A DNA stretch of 64,000 nucleotides from Candidatus Binatia bacterium (GCA_038245295.1 JBBRSP010000009.1:96001-160000); one strand, 5' to 3'; positions 20,154-30,422 are shown, numbered from the stretch's first letter. The notes: generated from the letters alone by a model not told the origin. Made by a program: numbers and translations.

Positions 20154-22700
20154 ATGACCTCTGAGTTGCCGTGGAGAACGATTCCGGTCGAGGTGCTCCT
20201 ACTCGGCGCGGCGCTGATCGGCTGGCTCGGCGTTTCGTTCTGGCAACTGCCGTCTTTACCCCGGCTTGACGACGATGCGATGAAGATCGTGCCATCGGTA
20301 ACCGCGTGGCGGCGTGGTGTTGCCTTTCTAGCCCTGGGAATCGGTGTCGCGATGGCGACTCAAACATTGGCCGCCCCCGACTCGGCGATGGGCGCCTACG
20401 CGACGATGCTTGTTGTGGCATTGGTCGCGCGCCTCGCCACCGGCGCGTCGGCCGACATCCAGATCGATGCCCCGCGTGGCGCCACTGCAGCGTTGCTGCT
20501 CGGGTTCGCCGCCTTGCTGCTGCGTCTGGCGGCGCCGGCGTCGGCGCCATACGGCTTGTCGGCCGATGAAGCCGCGTTGGGGTTGTCCTGCGTGCGTGTT
20601 CTCGAAGGCGCCAGTGTTTGGTTGGTCGGCGAAGTGGCGCACCCGATGTTGCCGTGCGTCGTCATCAGCCCGCTTCTGGCGGTCTTCGGCCCGAGCGTGG
20701 CGGTGATCCATAACGTCAGTGTCGTTGCAGGGGCGCTCAGCGTGGTCGCCTTCTACTTCCTGGCGGCGCAACTGCTGGCGCCGGCCACGGCCTTGGTCGC
20801 CACGGCGCTGCTCGTGGTATCGCCGTATCACCTGCTCTACAGCCGCGTCGCCTTCGGCGCCGAGATCCTGCTGACGGAGATTCTCCTCTTGGCCTTTGCG
20901 ATCGACGCGGCGCGCCGCCTGCGTTGGCTCTCGGCGGCGCTCGCCGGCGCCAGCCTTGGCGTCCTCCTGCACCAGTACGTGGCGGTGCGCGCGATGCCAC
21001 TCGTGTTGATCGCGATCTTCGCCGCGGCGCAGCTCGAGCAGCGCCGTTCGCTCGCGCGCCGTATCGGCGTCGGCATGGTCATCATCAGCGTCGCACTAAT
21101 GGTTCTGCTACCGCTGCTGTTGCGCGCCGACGGGCGTGCCTTTCTGTTTCAACCTGTGGCGCTCAAGATCCTGCGCGTCGGTGCGGCGAATCCGTGGTGG
21201 CAGGACCTGTGGGCGACGTTCGCCGGACACCTCAAACAGTTCGACTGGTCGGGGAAGGGATCGGAAGGTGCCCTCTCGCACTGGATCATCGCGCGCCTGC
21301 CCGTCGGACTCGAGTTGTTGCTGATGTTCGGAATTGCCGACGCGGTGTGGCGCGCCGGCCGCTTCACATCGTCGTTCCTCGTCGCCGCGTTTGTCCTGGC
21401 ACCCTTGCCGGGGATCCTTGCCAAGGCGCCCAATTCACACCGCTCCATGATGGTCTTGCCGATTCTCTATCTCGTCATGGGCAGCGGCCTGGAGCGGATG
21501 CTGAGTTGGTTACCGAGTCGACGCGGCAGCGCTAGGGGCGCACAGCTTTTGCTGCTTGGCATCGTCCTGCTGGCCGCCGTCTGGGGGGTCCGCACGTACT
21601 TTGTCGATGCCTGGCAAAACGACGATGACGTGCGCGAGTTTGGCGGATTCAGCACAACCTTGGTCAACGAAGTGCAGCGCCTCAACAGCCGCGGTGAGGC
21701 AATGGTGACGAGCGTTGATCGAGCCATGGTCTTCGGCAATCTTGACGCCCTTCGCTCTGGCAGTCTGGGGCTATTCTCGTATGCACGCTGGTTGCCGGAG
21801 AACGGCCGCGACGTGCCGACGTATGCGATCTTCGACCACAGCTGGATCGATCTGGCGTCGCGTCTGCGCGACGCGGTTGGCGCCGGCGCCCTGCGCCCAC
21901 TCGTGTCGGTCAACGGCGCGGCGATCGGCGCCTCGTGGAGTTTATCGATCGAGGACCTGCGAGGCTTGCGGCTGTCGGACAGCGCAGCCACTCATTGTGG
22001 CGCATTGATGTTGAAGCAGCCACGACGCATCGTCCAGTGGAATACCGGCGAGGCACGTATCGACGGCATCGACGTCGGAGCACTGACGCCCGAGCAGCAA
22101 CCATGGTTCTCCGCCGGACTACACGAAGCCTGCATCGAGACCACGATCGACGCCGTGACCCGGTTGCCGGACGGGAGCGAAGAGCGGTTTCAACGCGCCG
22201 CCGCCGATCTTTATCGAATCGCCGTCCACGGCTGGCTGCATCGGATCGAATGCGTCGACGAGCACACGACCCTCTACCTGGCGGTCGAGCCATTCCTGTT
22301 CGGCACCGCCGAGACCCTGCCGTTCACCGACAAGTGCCTCAGCTTCGAACACACCTGGTGGGCCCAGCTCGCCCCGGATGAACTATCGGGCGACCTGAGC
22401 GTGGTGTCGCTGTCGCGCGATCGCGACGTCGTGCTCGGAGACCAGGTACTCGAGCCAATCGAGACCGTTGACGGGGCAACGCGCTATCGAGTGCCGGAGT
22501 TACGTCGACCGACGCCAATACGCATCCGCATCCGCCGACCAGCGACGGAAGAGTACAGCATCATGCTGGGGATGATTCGTGGGAAGCAAAACGCGTTGGT
22601 TCCGCGTTACGAAGCCTTCACGCCGGATCTAGCGCGCCCCCACGTGGGTAACGCGGAGGTCAGATGGGCGCAGCTGACGGACGGACGCTACGCCTTCTGA
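20154..22700 (+). CDS. ArnT/PMT-like (GT-C fold) membrane glycosyltransferase with extracytoplasmic C-terminal domain
   Basis: Many TM helices; LRL...PYGL..DEA motif; SPYHLLYSR. Confidence 0.72.
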   Translation: MTSELPWRTIPVEVLLLGAALIGWLGVSFWQLPSLPRLDDDAMKIVPSVTAWRRGVAFLALGIGVAMATQTLAAPDSAMGAYATMLVVALVARLATGASADIQIDAPRGATAALLLGFAALLLRLAAPASAPYGLSADEAALGLSCVRVLEGASVWLVGEVAHPMLPCVVISPLLAVFGPSVAVIHNVSVVAGALSVVAFYFLAAQLLAPATALVATALLVVSPYHLLYSRVAFGAEILLTEILLLAFAIDAARRLRWLSAALAGASLGVLLHQYVAVRAMPLVLIAIFAAAQLEQRRSLARRIGVGMVIISVALMVLLPLLLRADGRAFLFQPVALKILRVGAANPWWQDLWATFAGHLKQFDWSGKGSEGALSHWIIARLPVGLELLLMFGIADAVWRAGRFTSSFLVAAFVLAPLPGILAKAPNSHRSMMVLPILYLVMGSGLERMLSWLPSRRGSARGAQLLLLGIVLLAAVWGVRTYFVDAWQNDDDVREFGGFSTTLVNEVQRLNSRGEAMVTSVDRAMVFGNLDALRSGSLGLFSYARWLPENGRDVPTYAIFDHSWIDLASRLRDAVGAGALRPLVSVNGAAIGASWSLSIEDLRGLRLSDSAATHCGALMLKQPRRIVQWNTGEARIDGIDVGALTPEQQPWFSAGLHEACIETTIDAVTRLPDGSEERFQRAAADLYRIAVHGWLHRIECVDEHTTLYLAVEPFLFGTAETLPFTDKCLSFEHTWWAQLAPDELSGDLSVVSLSRDRDVVLGDQVLEPIETVDGATRYRVPELRRPTPIRIRIRRPATEEYSIMLGMIRGKQNALVPRYEAFTPDLARPHVGNAEVRWAQLTDGRYAF

Positions 22701-22733
22701 GCCCGACGCGACAACCCGGGGAGTTTCGATATC

Positions 22734-25592
22734 CTACTTGGGAGAACTGCCAGGCGAACAACCGGACTGAGCATGACGAACGGCCGCGACGATCTCCTCG
22801 AGGGTCAGCGAGCCGTCGAGGTTCGTATCCGCCGCCGGACAGCGCGATAGCGGCGCTGCACCGAAGCCTATCCGCACACAACGCAGGACTTCGTCGATCT
22901 CCACCTCGCCCGAGCCGTCGCAATCACCACCGCAAACACTGCCGCCAATCTCGATCGCCCCGTCCTCGGTAATCGCCGTGCGCAACTCGGCCTTGTCGGT
23001 GCTCAGATGCGCCCGCTGTAAGACGACCGGATAGACGCCCGGAGAGAACGTTGGCGGAATTGGAACGCGACAGTGGAACAGCAGCGATCCAGTGGCGATC
23101 GGCGCCGTATTGTCGACCGCAACCACGACGGCACGCACGCCAGTGCAATTCGTGCCCGGCCGGCAACCAACCGGTTGGAAGGCAAAGGTGGTCTGCGGCT
23201 TGTTGATCGCCGGTTCGACCGTGCAGTCGGGACGTCCACCAGCCGCCGTGCCGATTGGCAGCCGTGGGTCGAACGCCACGTCGACTTCAACACCCACGGT
23301 CGACTCGGCCCCGGCCTCGAAGCGTAGCGAGAGGAGCGCATTCAGCTGGCCGGGCACCAACTCGGTTTCGACGCGCAAGCGCCCCGGCACGGGAGTTTGC
23401 GTTACCGTGCGGGTCGGCGTCGAGGTGCGTGTGGCGGTGCGCGTGCGTGTCGGGACGCGTGTCCACGTCGATGTCGGCGTCTCGGTGACCGTGTGAGTCG
23501 GCAGCGGCGCCCCGTCATCCTCGCACCCGCCTGCCACGTCGGCGACCACCAGGGGACTGAAGTATTGCAGTTCCGGCACGTCGATCCGCTTCAACAGGAC
23601 GCCGTTTTGATCCGTCACCACCACCTGCTCCTGGTTCGCGAAATACACCCGTCCATCCCGCGTCACCGTTCGCGGCTCCAGCGCCCCGGGTAGCGTGTTC
23701 AAAACCTCGCCAGTACGGGCGTCCAGGGCCAGCACATCGTTGCCGTCGTTCACCAACAGCCGGTCACCCGAAGGGGACAACGCGCCGAGAGCCCAAGGAT
23801 ACCGGCTGTTGCGGGCGCGGTCCCAGACAACGGCGCCCGTGGCGAGCTCGACGCAACCAATGTGCCCGTCGCCGAGGGTTCCGTAGAGATAGCGGGCGTC
23901 CGGGGAAATCGTGCTCAGCACGTAGGAAAACGGGATTTTCCCGGAGCCGATCACGGCGCCGTCACTACCGCGGTATTTCGACCATTCGATGCGCGACTCT
24001 TCGCCGAAATTCCACACGACGACCGCGTCGACGTCGGCGGCATAAAGAGCGAAGGCTCCTGCAGGCAGCTGATATTGCAGCGCCAGTGTGTCGCTATCGA
24101 ACACCCGTACCGAATCGTTGCCGATCGTGGCGACACGTTCTGCGCCGAGCAGCAAGAGGCCGCGGGCACCGCGTGCGGCAACTTCGTAGGTGCCGACACC
24201 GTTGGTCAAATCGGTGCGCGACAACTCGGAGGCACTGCCAAGAATGTACGCGCTTTGCTTTTGCGGCACGATCACGAACGAGCCGGTGGATCGCTCGGAG
24301 CGCCAGGCGACGCGGCCGGTTCCCTGATTGATGGCCACCAATCCGGACTCCGTGAGAGCATACAAACATTCCTCGACAGGCCGTTGCACAACGGGCGTCG
24401 GCGTTGGCGTGCGCCAGAGGGGGGGACGGGGCAAGGCCACGAGCTGGGCTCCGAGACCACGGCTCGGGAGAACGGACACAACGCGGCTGCGACGATCGAA
24501 CAGCGCTAGCTGCGATTGATCCACCAACGTCGCATACGCATGGGCCCCATCGGGACTGATCGCAACATCGACGGCGCGGGCCGGCAGTGTTGCAGCACCG
24601 ATGGGATCAAGGTTCGGCATCGCCACCTCGAGCAACTGATTGCCGGCTGCCACCAGCGACCAATCACCGGCCGGGCCATAGGCGACGGCATCGGCCGTGG
24701 CGAAATCACGCGACGCGACGCGAGTAAGCGTAGCGCGCTCGAATGTCGTCAGTCGCATGGGGAGGCGATTCCAACGAACGCCGCTCGTCACCGTCAATCC
24801 GCTACCCTGTGGACCTAGGTCGACGGCAGTCGGTGGCAGCAACTCGAGCGGCACGGTCGTCGCCGACTGCCCAGCCAATGGCCTACGAGACAGCGAGGCC
24901 GCGGCTCGACAACCAAGGCTATTGCAGGTGTCCCAGGTATAACTCGCCGCGAACAAGGCCTCGGAATCGGCGACGAGCGGCGCGAGGGTGAAGCGGCTTC
25001 CGATTGCCGGCAGTCCGAGAGTGCCGGTCAACGCGCCGCTGGCGAGATCGTGCCGTTCGATGGCCGTGGAGGTAACGATGACGAGGGAGCCTTCGTCCGG
25101 AACAACCGCCGTTAGCGTCGACGAAGCGCCGACGACGAGGAACGGGCCAAGCTGCATCGCGGACGGGTCGAGAACCTGGACGCCGCCCGACTCCGCAACC
25201 ACGAGTCGGCCATCGACCAGGGGGAACAACCGTGTCGGCGTTGAGTACGTATGCAGTGTCGCTACCGTCGAGCCGTTGGTGGGATCGACGACGCTGACGA
25301 ACTGCAGCGGCGGATGCGCCACGTACACAAACTCGTCTCCCGGCCCGGTATCGAGCGTGTGATCAGGGACGAACGTCGGCACGGGCGTCAGCGACGCCGT
25401 GGGTGTTGGGCTTGACGGGAAGCAGGTTGGCGGCGCAGTAACGCTCAGATGGGTGAACGGATTTGAGAACTGCAGCGAATGGCCCGGCGGACACAACTCG
25501 TCGGCCGATCCGACCTCTGGAGCGGCAAAGGTCAACGCAAGACCCCACATCGCGCTCGATAGAACTCGCCAGCAGCAGGTAGACTTCCGCAT
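22734..25592 (-). CDS. Secreted double beta-propeller protein with PT linkers, cohesin-like and C-terminal dockerin-like domains
   Basis: Signal peptide; YVTN/PQQ-like repeats (SPDGAHAY, ELATGAVVW, ALDARTGEV); beta-sandwich VGVEVDVAFDP...LFHCRV..PGVYPV; CGGDCDGSGEVEIDE...ADTNLDGSLTLEEI...SGC. Confidence 0.72.
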   Translation of the reverse strand: MRKSTCCWRVLSSAMWGLALTFAAPEVGSADELCPPGHSLQFSNPFTHLSVTAPPTCFPSSPTPTASLTPVPTFVPDHTLDTGPGDEFVYVAHPPLQFVSVVDPTNGSTVATLHTYSTPTRLFPLVDGRLVVAESGGVQVLDPSAMQLGPFLVVGASSTLTAVVPDEGSLVIVTSTAIERHDLASGALTGTLGLPAIGSRFTLAPLVADSEALFAASYTWDTCNSLGCRAAASLSRRPLAGQSATTVPLELLPPTAVDLGPQGSGLTVTSGVRWNRLPMRLTTFERATLTRVASRDFATADAVAYGPAGDWSLVAAGNQLLEVAMPNLDPIGAATLPARAVDVAISPDGAHAYATLVDQSQLALFDRRSRVVSVLPSRGLGAQLVALPRPPLWRTPTPTPVVQRPVEECLYALTESGLVAINQGTGRVAWRSERSTGSFVIVPQKQSAYILGSASELSRTDLTNGVGTYEVAARGARGLLLLGAERVATIGNDSVRVFDSDTLALQYQLPAGAFALYAADVDAVVVWNFGEESRIEWSKYRGSDGAVIGSGKIPFSYVLSTISPDARYLYGTLGDGHIGCVELATGAVVWDRARNSRYPWALGALSPSGDRLLVNDGNDVLALDARTGEVLNTLPGALEPRTVTRDGRVYFANQEQVVVTDQNGVLLKRIDVPELQYFSPLVVADVAGGCEDDGAPLPTHTVTETPTSTWTRVPTRTRTATRTSTPTRTVTQTPVPGRLRVETELVPGQLNALLSLRFEAGAESTVGVEVDVAFDPRLPIGTAAGGRPDCTVEPAINKPQTTFAFQPVGCRPGTNCTGVRAVVVAVDNTAPIATGSLLFHCRVPIPPTFSPGVYPVVLQRAHLSTDKAELRTAITEDGAIEIGGSVCGGDCDGSGEVEIDEVLRCVRIGFGAAPLSRCPAADTNLDGSLTLEEIVAAVRHAQSGCSPGSSPK

Positions 25593-25757
25593 TGCTGCCC
25601 CCTTTGCACAACGCCAGAACTGCCGGGCAACATACGGCGCTACGAGCGTGGAAGCAATGAAATTGCGCTGCCTTGAAGCGATCGGAAAGACCGTCGGCGC
25701 CACGAAGTGGTTGCCGTGCTGATGCATTTCAAAGATAACCGTCGCGGGAGTGTACCG

Positions 25758-27245
25758 ATGTCCAACGTTGATTCTTTCATCGTCGCCAAGGGTGAGCACG
25801 AGCTCAGCCTGCTCACCAAGATGGCCAATCGTCACGGGCTGATCGCCGGCGCAACCGGCACCGGGAAGACGGTGACGCTGCGGGTGCTGGCCGAGCAGTT
25901 CAGTAAGATGGGCGTGCCGGTATTCATGGCCGACGTGAAGGGCGACCTCGCTGGGCTGTGCAAGCTGGGTGGCGACAACCCCAAGGTGAGTGAGCGGGCC
26001 AAGCAGTTGGGCATCACCGACTTCGCACCGGAATCCTTCCCGGTGGTGTTCTGGGACGTCTTCGGCGAGCAGGGCCATCCGGTGCGCGCCACGGTTTCGG
26101 AGATGGGCCCGCTGCTGTTGTCGCGCCTGCTCAATCTCAACGACACACAGGCCGGCCTGCTCAATCTGGTTTTCAAAGTCGCCGACGACAGCGGCATGTT
26201 GTTGCTCGATCTCAAAGATCTGCGCGCCATGCTGGAGCACGTCGGCGACAACGCGGCGCAGTACAAGACACAGTATGGCAACGTCTCCGCCGCCAGCATC
26301 GGCGCCATCCAGCGCGGCTTGCTGACCATCGAGACGCAGGGCGGTGACAAGTTCTTCGGTGAGCCGGCGCTCGATCTCGCCGACCTCATTCAGACCGGCG
26401 ATGGCGGCAAGGGTGTCGTCAACATCCTGTGCGCCGACAAGCTGCTGCAGTCGCCGACACTGTACGCCGTGTTCTTGCTGTGGATGTTGTCCGAGCTCTT
26501 CGAGTTTCTCCCCGAGGTCGGCGATCCGGAGAAGCCGAAGATCGTCTTCTTCTTCGACGAGGCCCATCTGCTGTTCACCGACGCGCCGAAGGCATTGGAG
26601 GACAAGATCGTCCAAGTCGTGCGCCTGATTCGTTCCAAGGGTGTCGGTGTCTACTTCGTGACCCAGAATCCACTCGACATTCCGGATACGGTGCTCGGCC
26701 AACTCGGCAATCGGGTCCAGCATGCCCTGCGGGCGTTCACGCCGCGTGATCAGAAGGCAGTCAAGGCAGCGGCAACGACGTTCCGCAGCAATCCCAAGCT
26801 CAATGTCGAGCAGGTGATCACCGAGCTGGCGGTTGGTGAGGCGCTGGTGTCGCTGCTCGATGACAAGGGCTCGCCTGCGATCGTCGAGCGCGCCTGGGTT
26901 TATCCACCGCACAGTCAGTTGGCGGCATTGAGCCCACAAGATCGACAGGCCGTGGTGCAGAAGTCGGTGCTGTTCGGCCACTACGAGAAGACGGTTGATC
27001 GCGAGTCGGCCTACGAACGACTCAAGTCGGCGGCGCAGCGTTCGGATGCGCAACCGCAAGCGTCAACACAGGCGCCGAGTGCGCCGAGTCGCAGCGCCGA
27101 AGTTGCCGGCGAGGTGGCCGGTGTCGTCGGGGCAATGGCCAAGAGCGCCGCGCGCGCCATGGGCACACAGCTCGGCCGCCAGATCATCCGCGGCGTCCTC
27201 GGGTCAATCCTTGGCGGCGTCGCCGTATCGCGGCGACGATACTGA
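25758..27245 (+). CDS. HerA-like ATPase, DUF853/YjgR family
   Basis: [65 protein letters not shown] tail. Confidence 0.92.
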   Translation: MSNVDSFIVAKGEHELSLLTKMANRHGLIAGATGTGKTVTLRVLAEQFSKMGVPVFMADVKGDLAGLCKLGGDNPKVSERAKQLGITDFAPESFPVVFWDVFGEQGHPVRATVSEMGPLLLSRLLNLNDTQAGLLNLVFKVADDSGMLLLDLKDLRAMLEHVGDNAAQYKTQYGNVSAASIGAIQRGLLTIETQGGDKFFGEPALDLADLIQTGDGGKGVVNILCADKLLQSPTLYAVFLLWMLSELFEFLPEVGDPEKPKIVFFFDEAHLLFTDAPKALEDKIVQVVRLIRSKGVGVYFVTQNPLDIPDTVLGQLGNRVQHALRAFTPRDQKAVKAAATTFRSNPKLNVEQVITELAVGEALVSLLDDKGSPAIVERAWVYPPHSQLAALSPQDRQAVVQKSVLFGHYEKTVDRESAYERLKSAAQRSDAQPQASTQAPSAPSRSAEVAGEVAGVVGAMAKSAARAMGTQLGRQIIRGVLGSILGGVAVSRRRY

Positions 27246-27371
27246 AACTTCCGGCGTCACCTACGACCCCCAAGGTGGACTCATCGGCGGACAACTGCAC
27301 GGGTATGGCCGATAGAACCAAGGTTCGATCGACCATCTGAGCGGCCAACCTGCCGCCCCAGACGTCGACGG

Positions 27372-27401
27372 TTGACCATAGATAACAGATTGCACTACGG
27401 T
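27372..27401 (+). promoter_or_regulatory. Putative sigma70-type promoter for a near-leaderless antitoxin mRNA
   Basis: TTGACC-18 nt-TACGGT ending 9 nt before ATG 27410; no SD sequence. Confidence 0.35.
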
Positions 27402-27409
27402 GATAAAAA

Positions 27410-27652
27410 ATGATTCGCACACAGATCTCCTTGGACGAAGAGGCGTACCGTGAAGCCAAGCGCGAGGCGCGGGAACAGGGCATCTCCCTGGCGGAGTTTC
27501 TACGTCGGTTGGTTGCTGGCGGCATTCGCCACCGCCGCGCCAAGGATCGGCCGTGGATGCATCATGCCGGGGTGCTGGCGTCTGGTGACCCTGATGCCAG
27601 CGAGAGCGTCGATGCGGTCGTCTTAGTCGCCCAGCCAACGCGAGGCGCATGA
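27410..27652 (+). CDS. CopG/ribbon-helix-helix antitoxin (orphan)
   Basis: MIRTQISLDEE.Y...K..A...GISLAEFLR RHH start; G..ASGD..AS..VD tail typical of VapB-like antitoxins. Confidence 0.75.
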   Translation: MIRTQISLDEEAYREAKREAREQGISLAEFLRRLVAGGIRHRRAKDRPWMHHAGVLASGDPDASESVDAVVLVAQPTRGA

Positions 27653-27880
27653 TCCGGGATGTTGGTCGTTGGGCGGGCGTCTCACTTCGCGTCTTGACGG
27701 CGTGGCGGAGCAGCGCAGAATCCACGGCGATGGCAAACGCCGGTTACTCGACCAGGAGAGTCTGCGTGGCGCAGAAGAGTGGCTGCAGACAACGCAGTCT
27801 GCCCCTTGCCCGTCGGCCACAGGCGGCAACCTCGACATCGATCCAAGGGCGACGTGGCGAAGCAGCGATTCGGATCAATC

Positions 27881-28129
27881 GGCCTCGCCGTGGCGAGGCA
27901 GCACTTGGGCTCGCTTGATAAGATAACGCGCATCGTCCGGCTCGGCGTGTCGGTCGCCACCGTAGGAGATGTTCGTGATCAGCCCAAAATCGCCGATGCC
28001 GCCTCGGAGTTGCTCCAAGATATTTTCGGAAAGGACAAGAGCCCATGCCGTCTGGTGTATGGCGTCGCCAGCCTTCCCCTCGGCACGCCGGTCGAGTTGG
28101 AAATCATTTTCGAAGTGGCGTCGTCGTGA
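27881..28129 (+). pseudogene. RidA/YjgF-family remnant (C-terminal half only)
   Basis: LAVARQHLGSLDKITRIVRLGV...ADAASELL.DIFG...GVASLPLGTPVELE; upstream in-frame sequence is unrelated. Confidence 0.75.
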
Positions 28130-28310
28130 GCGCAGCCAAAAGGCGGCGTTCTTAGAACTTCCTCACGTCTCGTGGCGCTACCGCGCTTCGTCGCGCACCA
28201 GCGGCGAGACGCCATGAGCGCTGAAGATCAGCAAGCTAGTCCGGCGATCCGAGCCCGATCAGCGGCCTCACCCTCCGGCCACGATTCTATCCTAAAGGAT
28301 TGCCACCCGT

Positions 28311-28326
28311 GTCTCACATGTGAGAC
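28311..28326. promoter_or_regulatory. Perfect 16-bp palindrome GTCTCACATGTGAGAC, likely TA operator
   Basis: Lies just after TTGCCA and upstream of the XRE antitoxin. Confidence 0.55.
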
Positions 28327-28332
28327 GCCCAC

Positions 28333-28383
28333 GTGATGATTGTGATTGTTGGGCCGTGCTACTTGAGAGAGGTTCAACGATGA
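28333..28383 (+). pseudogene. Collapsed toxin remnant (16 codons, MMIVIVGPCYLREVQR)
   Basis: Mini-ORF between the operator and the antitoxin; its TGA overlaps the antitoxin ATG (ATGA). Confidence 0.45.
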
Positions 28384-28685
28384 AGCACACATCTGCAGCA
28401 CGCAGCGCCGCCCAGCTTGGCCTGCCGAAGAGTCGTGGCATGGAAGCCGTGCTCAAAGCACAGCTGATTGCCGCCGTCTCTCGCGAAGTTGAGCTCCAAC
28501 AGCTGACACACGCGGAGGTGGCGAGCCGAGCCGGCATCGCACGCACCGCCGTGACTGGGATTCTGTCTGGCAGCATGCAGAAGGTGACGATCGATCGGGT
28601 ACTACGTACTGTTCGGCGCAGGTACGGTGACGTATCCGCAACCGCCCTCCGCAGTCTAAAGCCTGCGCCTACCGGTCCGCTTTAG
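28380..28685 (+). CDS. XRE-family HTH antitoxin (HigA-like); 3' end runs into a REP
   Basis: LKAQLI......LTHAEVASRAGIARTAVTGILSG...KVTIDR HTH; final residues are encoded by the repeat. Confidence 0.7.
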   Translation: MKHTSAARSAAQLGLPKSRGMEAVLKAQLIAAVSREVELQQLTHAEVASRAGIARTAVTGILSGSMQKVTIDRVLRTVRRRYGDVSATALRSLKPAPTGPL

Positions 28686-28726
28686 GGTGCATACTCAGTC
28701 TGGTAGGCGCAGGCTTCAGCCTGCGG
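28649..28726. repeat. Inverted doublet of GTAG-type REP (family A: GGTAGGCGCAGGCTTCAGCCTGCGG)
   Basis: Copies at 28649-28673 and 28702-28726. Confidence 0.85.
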
Positions 28727-28907
28727 CGCGTGAGCCAAATGCTTCCGAACAGCCGCGAAATACGTCGCCGACTTATCAGGTAAAACTCCGAGAAGCGGTT
28801 GACGGGTCGTTGGCGCACGCCTTACTACGGGTGCCATTCTTCTCTCCAGCTTGCGAGTCCCGAGGTAGCCGAATAAGAGATGAGAAGGATCTGATGGAGC
28901 GCAAAAG

Positions 28908-29480
28908 ATGACTGCAATTGAATCGCTGTCGTGGTGGTCGCTGGCACTCTCTGCCGGAGCCGGCGTGGCGTTATGGTCGTTCGCCGAGTACGTGCTGCAT
29001 CGCTTCCTCGGCCATGATCGGCGCACCTGGCCCAATCCGTTCGCGACGGAGCACACCCGTCACCACAGCGAAGGCGATTACTTCGCCCCGAGCTGGAAGA
29101 AAGCGCTGGTGGCGCTCGTCGCCGTTCCGCTCGTTGCCTCGCTTGCCTCGCTTCTCGTCGGCATCACGCTCGGCAGCGTCTTCGGCGTCTCGTTCGTCGC
29201 CATGTACCTTGTGTACGAATGGGTGCATCACCGTGCTCATACGCACCGCGGCATCGGCGCCTATGGGCGCTACCTGCGACGCCATCATTTTCATCACCAC
29301 TTTGGCAACCCGTACTCCAATCACGGCGTGACCAGCCCGCTGTGGGACCTTGTGTTCGGCACCTTCGAAGCCCCAGGGCGCATTCGCGTGCCCTACAAGC
29401 TGCGTATGCAGTGGCTGATCGATCCGAGCACCGGCGACGTCTTCGCCGACCTTGTGACGCACTACGAGTTGCGTCGTTAG
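28908..29480 (+). CDS. Fatty-acid hydroxylase / sterol desaturase family protein
   Basis: His boxes EYVLHRFLGH, HTRHH, YEWVHHRAH, HHFHHH; NHGVTSPLWD. Confidence 0.9.
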   Translation: MTAIESLSWWSLALSAGAGVALWSFAEYVLHRFLGHDRRTWPNPFATEHTRHHSEGDYFAPSWKKALVALVAVPLVASLASLLVGITLGSVFGVSFVAMYLVYEWVHHRAHTHRGIGAYGRYLRRHHFHHHFGNPYSNHGVTSPLWDLVFGTFEAPGRIRVPYKLRMQWLIDPSTGDVFADLVTHYELRR

Positions 29481-29578
29481 GCCGGTGGCAGCGCTGAGTG
29501 CCGAGACGCTGACGTCGATCCAGTCGCTTGGGAAAACGAGTCTGTCCTCTTTTCTTCCCACAGTGATAAGACCGATTT

Positions 29579-30409
29579 ATGGCGTGGTTTGATGACTTCA
29601 AAGGCCAGACGGTTTTGGTGACCGGTGCGTCGAGTGGGATTGGCCGCGAAACGGCCTTGGCATTTGGTGCGGCGGGGGCGCGGGTCGCCTTGGTGGCGCG
29701 ACGACGCCAGGCTCTCGAAGACGTCGCGCGGGAGATCACTGGCAAGGGCGGCGAGGCCTTGGTGGTGCCGGCCGATGTGACCAAACCTACCGCGGTGGCG
29801 GCTTGTCTGCGCACCGTGCACCGGCACTTCCACCGTATCGACATCGTCGTCAACAACGCCGGCGTGCTCATTCCCTCGCTGGTCGTGGATCTTAAAGCGG
29901 CCGACCTAAAGGCCATGTTGCAGGTCAACCTCTTCGGTGCCCTTGCGGTGATGCAGGAATCCGTCCGCATCATGCGCAAGCAAGACAGCGGCTGCATCAT
30001 CAACGTTGCGTCGTTGGCCGGACGCCGCGGTGTCACACCGCTTGGCGGCTATTGCGCGAGCAAGTTTGCATTGGTTGGACTCACCGAGGCGTTACGCACC
30101 GAGCTGCACGACAGCAAAATCCACGTTGCCTTGGTGATGCCGGGTGTCATCGATACGCCGATGGCACACAATATGGAGAACGACGAATCCTTCGCCGCCA
30201 CTTGGCCGGCAGCACTCGACATGCCGCCCTCCTGGGTGGTCTGGGCAATCTTCGCGGCGGTCCGCTTCCGCCTAGTGGAGATTTCGGTTCCGCCGGGCGC
30301 CGCGACGCTGGAGAAGCTTGCCGCACTCGCACCCGGTGTTGCGGACTCTCTCATTCACTGGAGCACTCAAGCGTCGCACTGGCTGAGTGGACTGCTGCAA
30401 CCCCGGTAG
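29579..30409 (+). CDS. Short-chain dehydrogenase/reductase
   Basis: TGASSGIG, NNAG, YCASK. Confidence 0.93.
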   Translation: MAWFDDFKGQTVLVTGASSGIGRETALAFGAAGARVALVARRRQALEDVAREITGKGGEALVVPADVTKPTAVAACLRTVHRHFHRIDIVVNNAGVLIPSLVVDLKAADLKAMLQVNLFGALAVMQESVRIMRKQDSGCIINVASLAGRRGVTPLGGYCASKFALVGLTEALRTELHDSKIHVALVMPGVIDTPMAHNMENDESFAATWPAALDMPPSWVVWAIFAAVRFRLVEISVPPGAATLEKLAALAPGVADSLIHWSTQASHWLSGLLQPR

Positions 30410-30422
30410 GGCAGCGTCCGTC

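Noticed and set aside
25593..27059. N-terminal part of the 1441-aa ORF
   Set aside because: Antisense shadow of the DUF853 gene; the signal peptide starts at 25592.
25758..27245. HerA-based anti-phage system
   Set aside because: The sequence fits the stand-alone DUF853/YjgR family; no SIR2, nuclease or NurA partner is adjacent.
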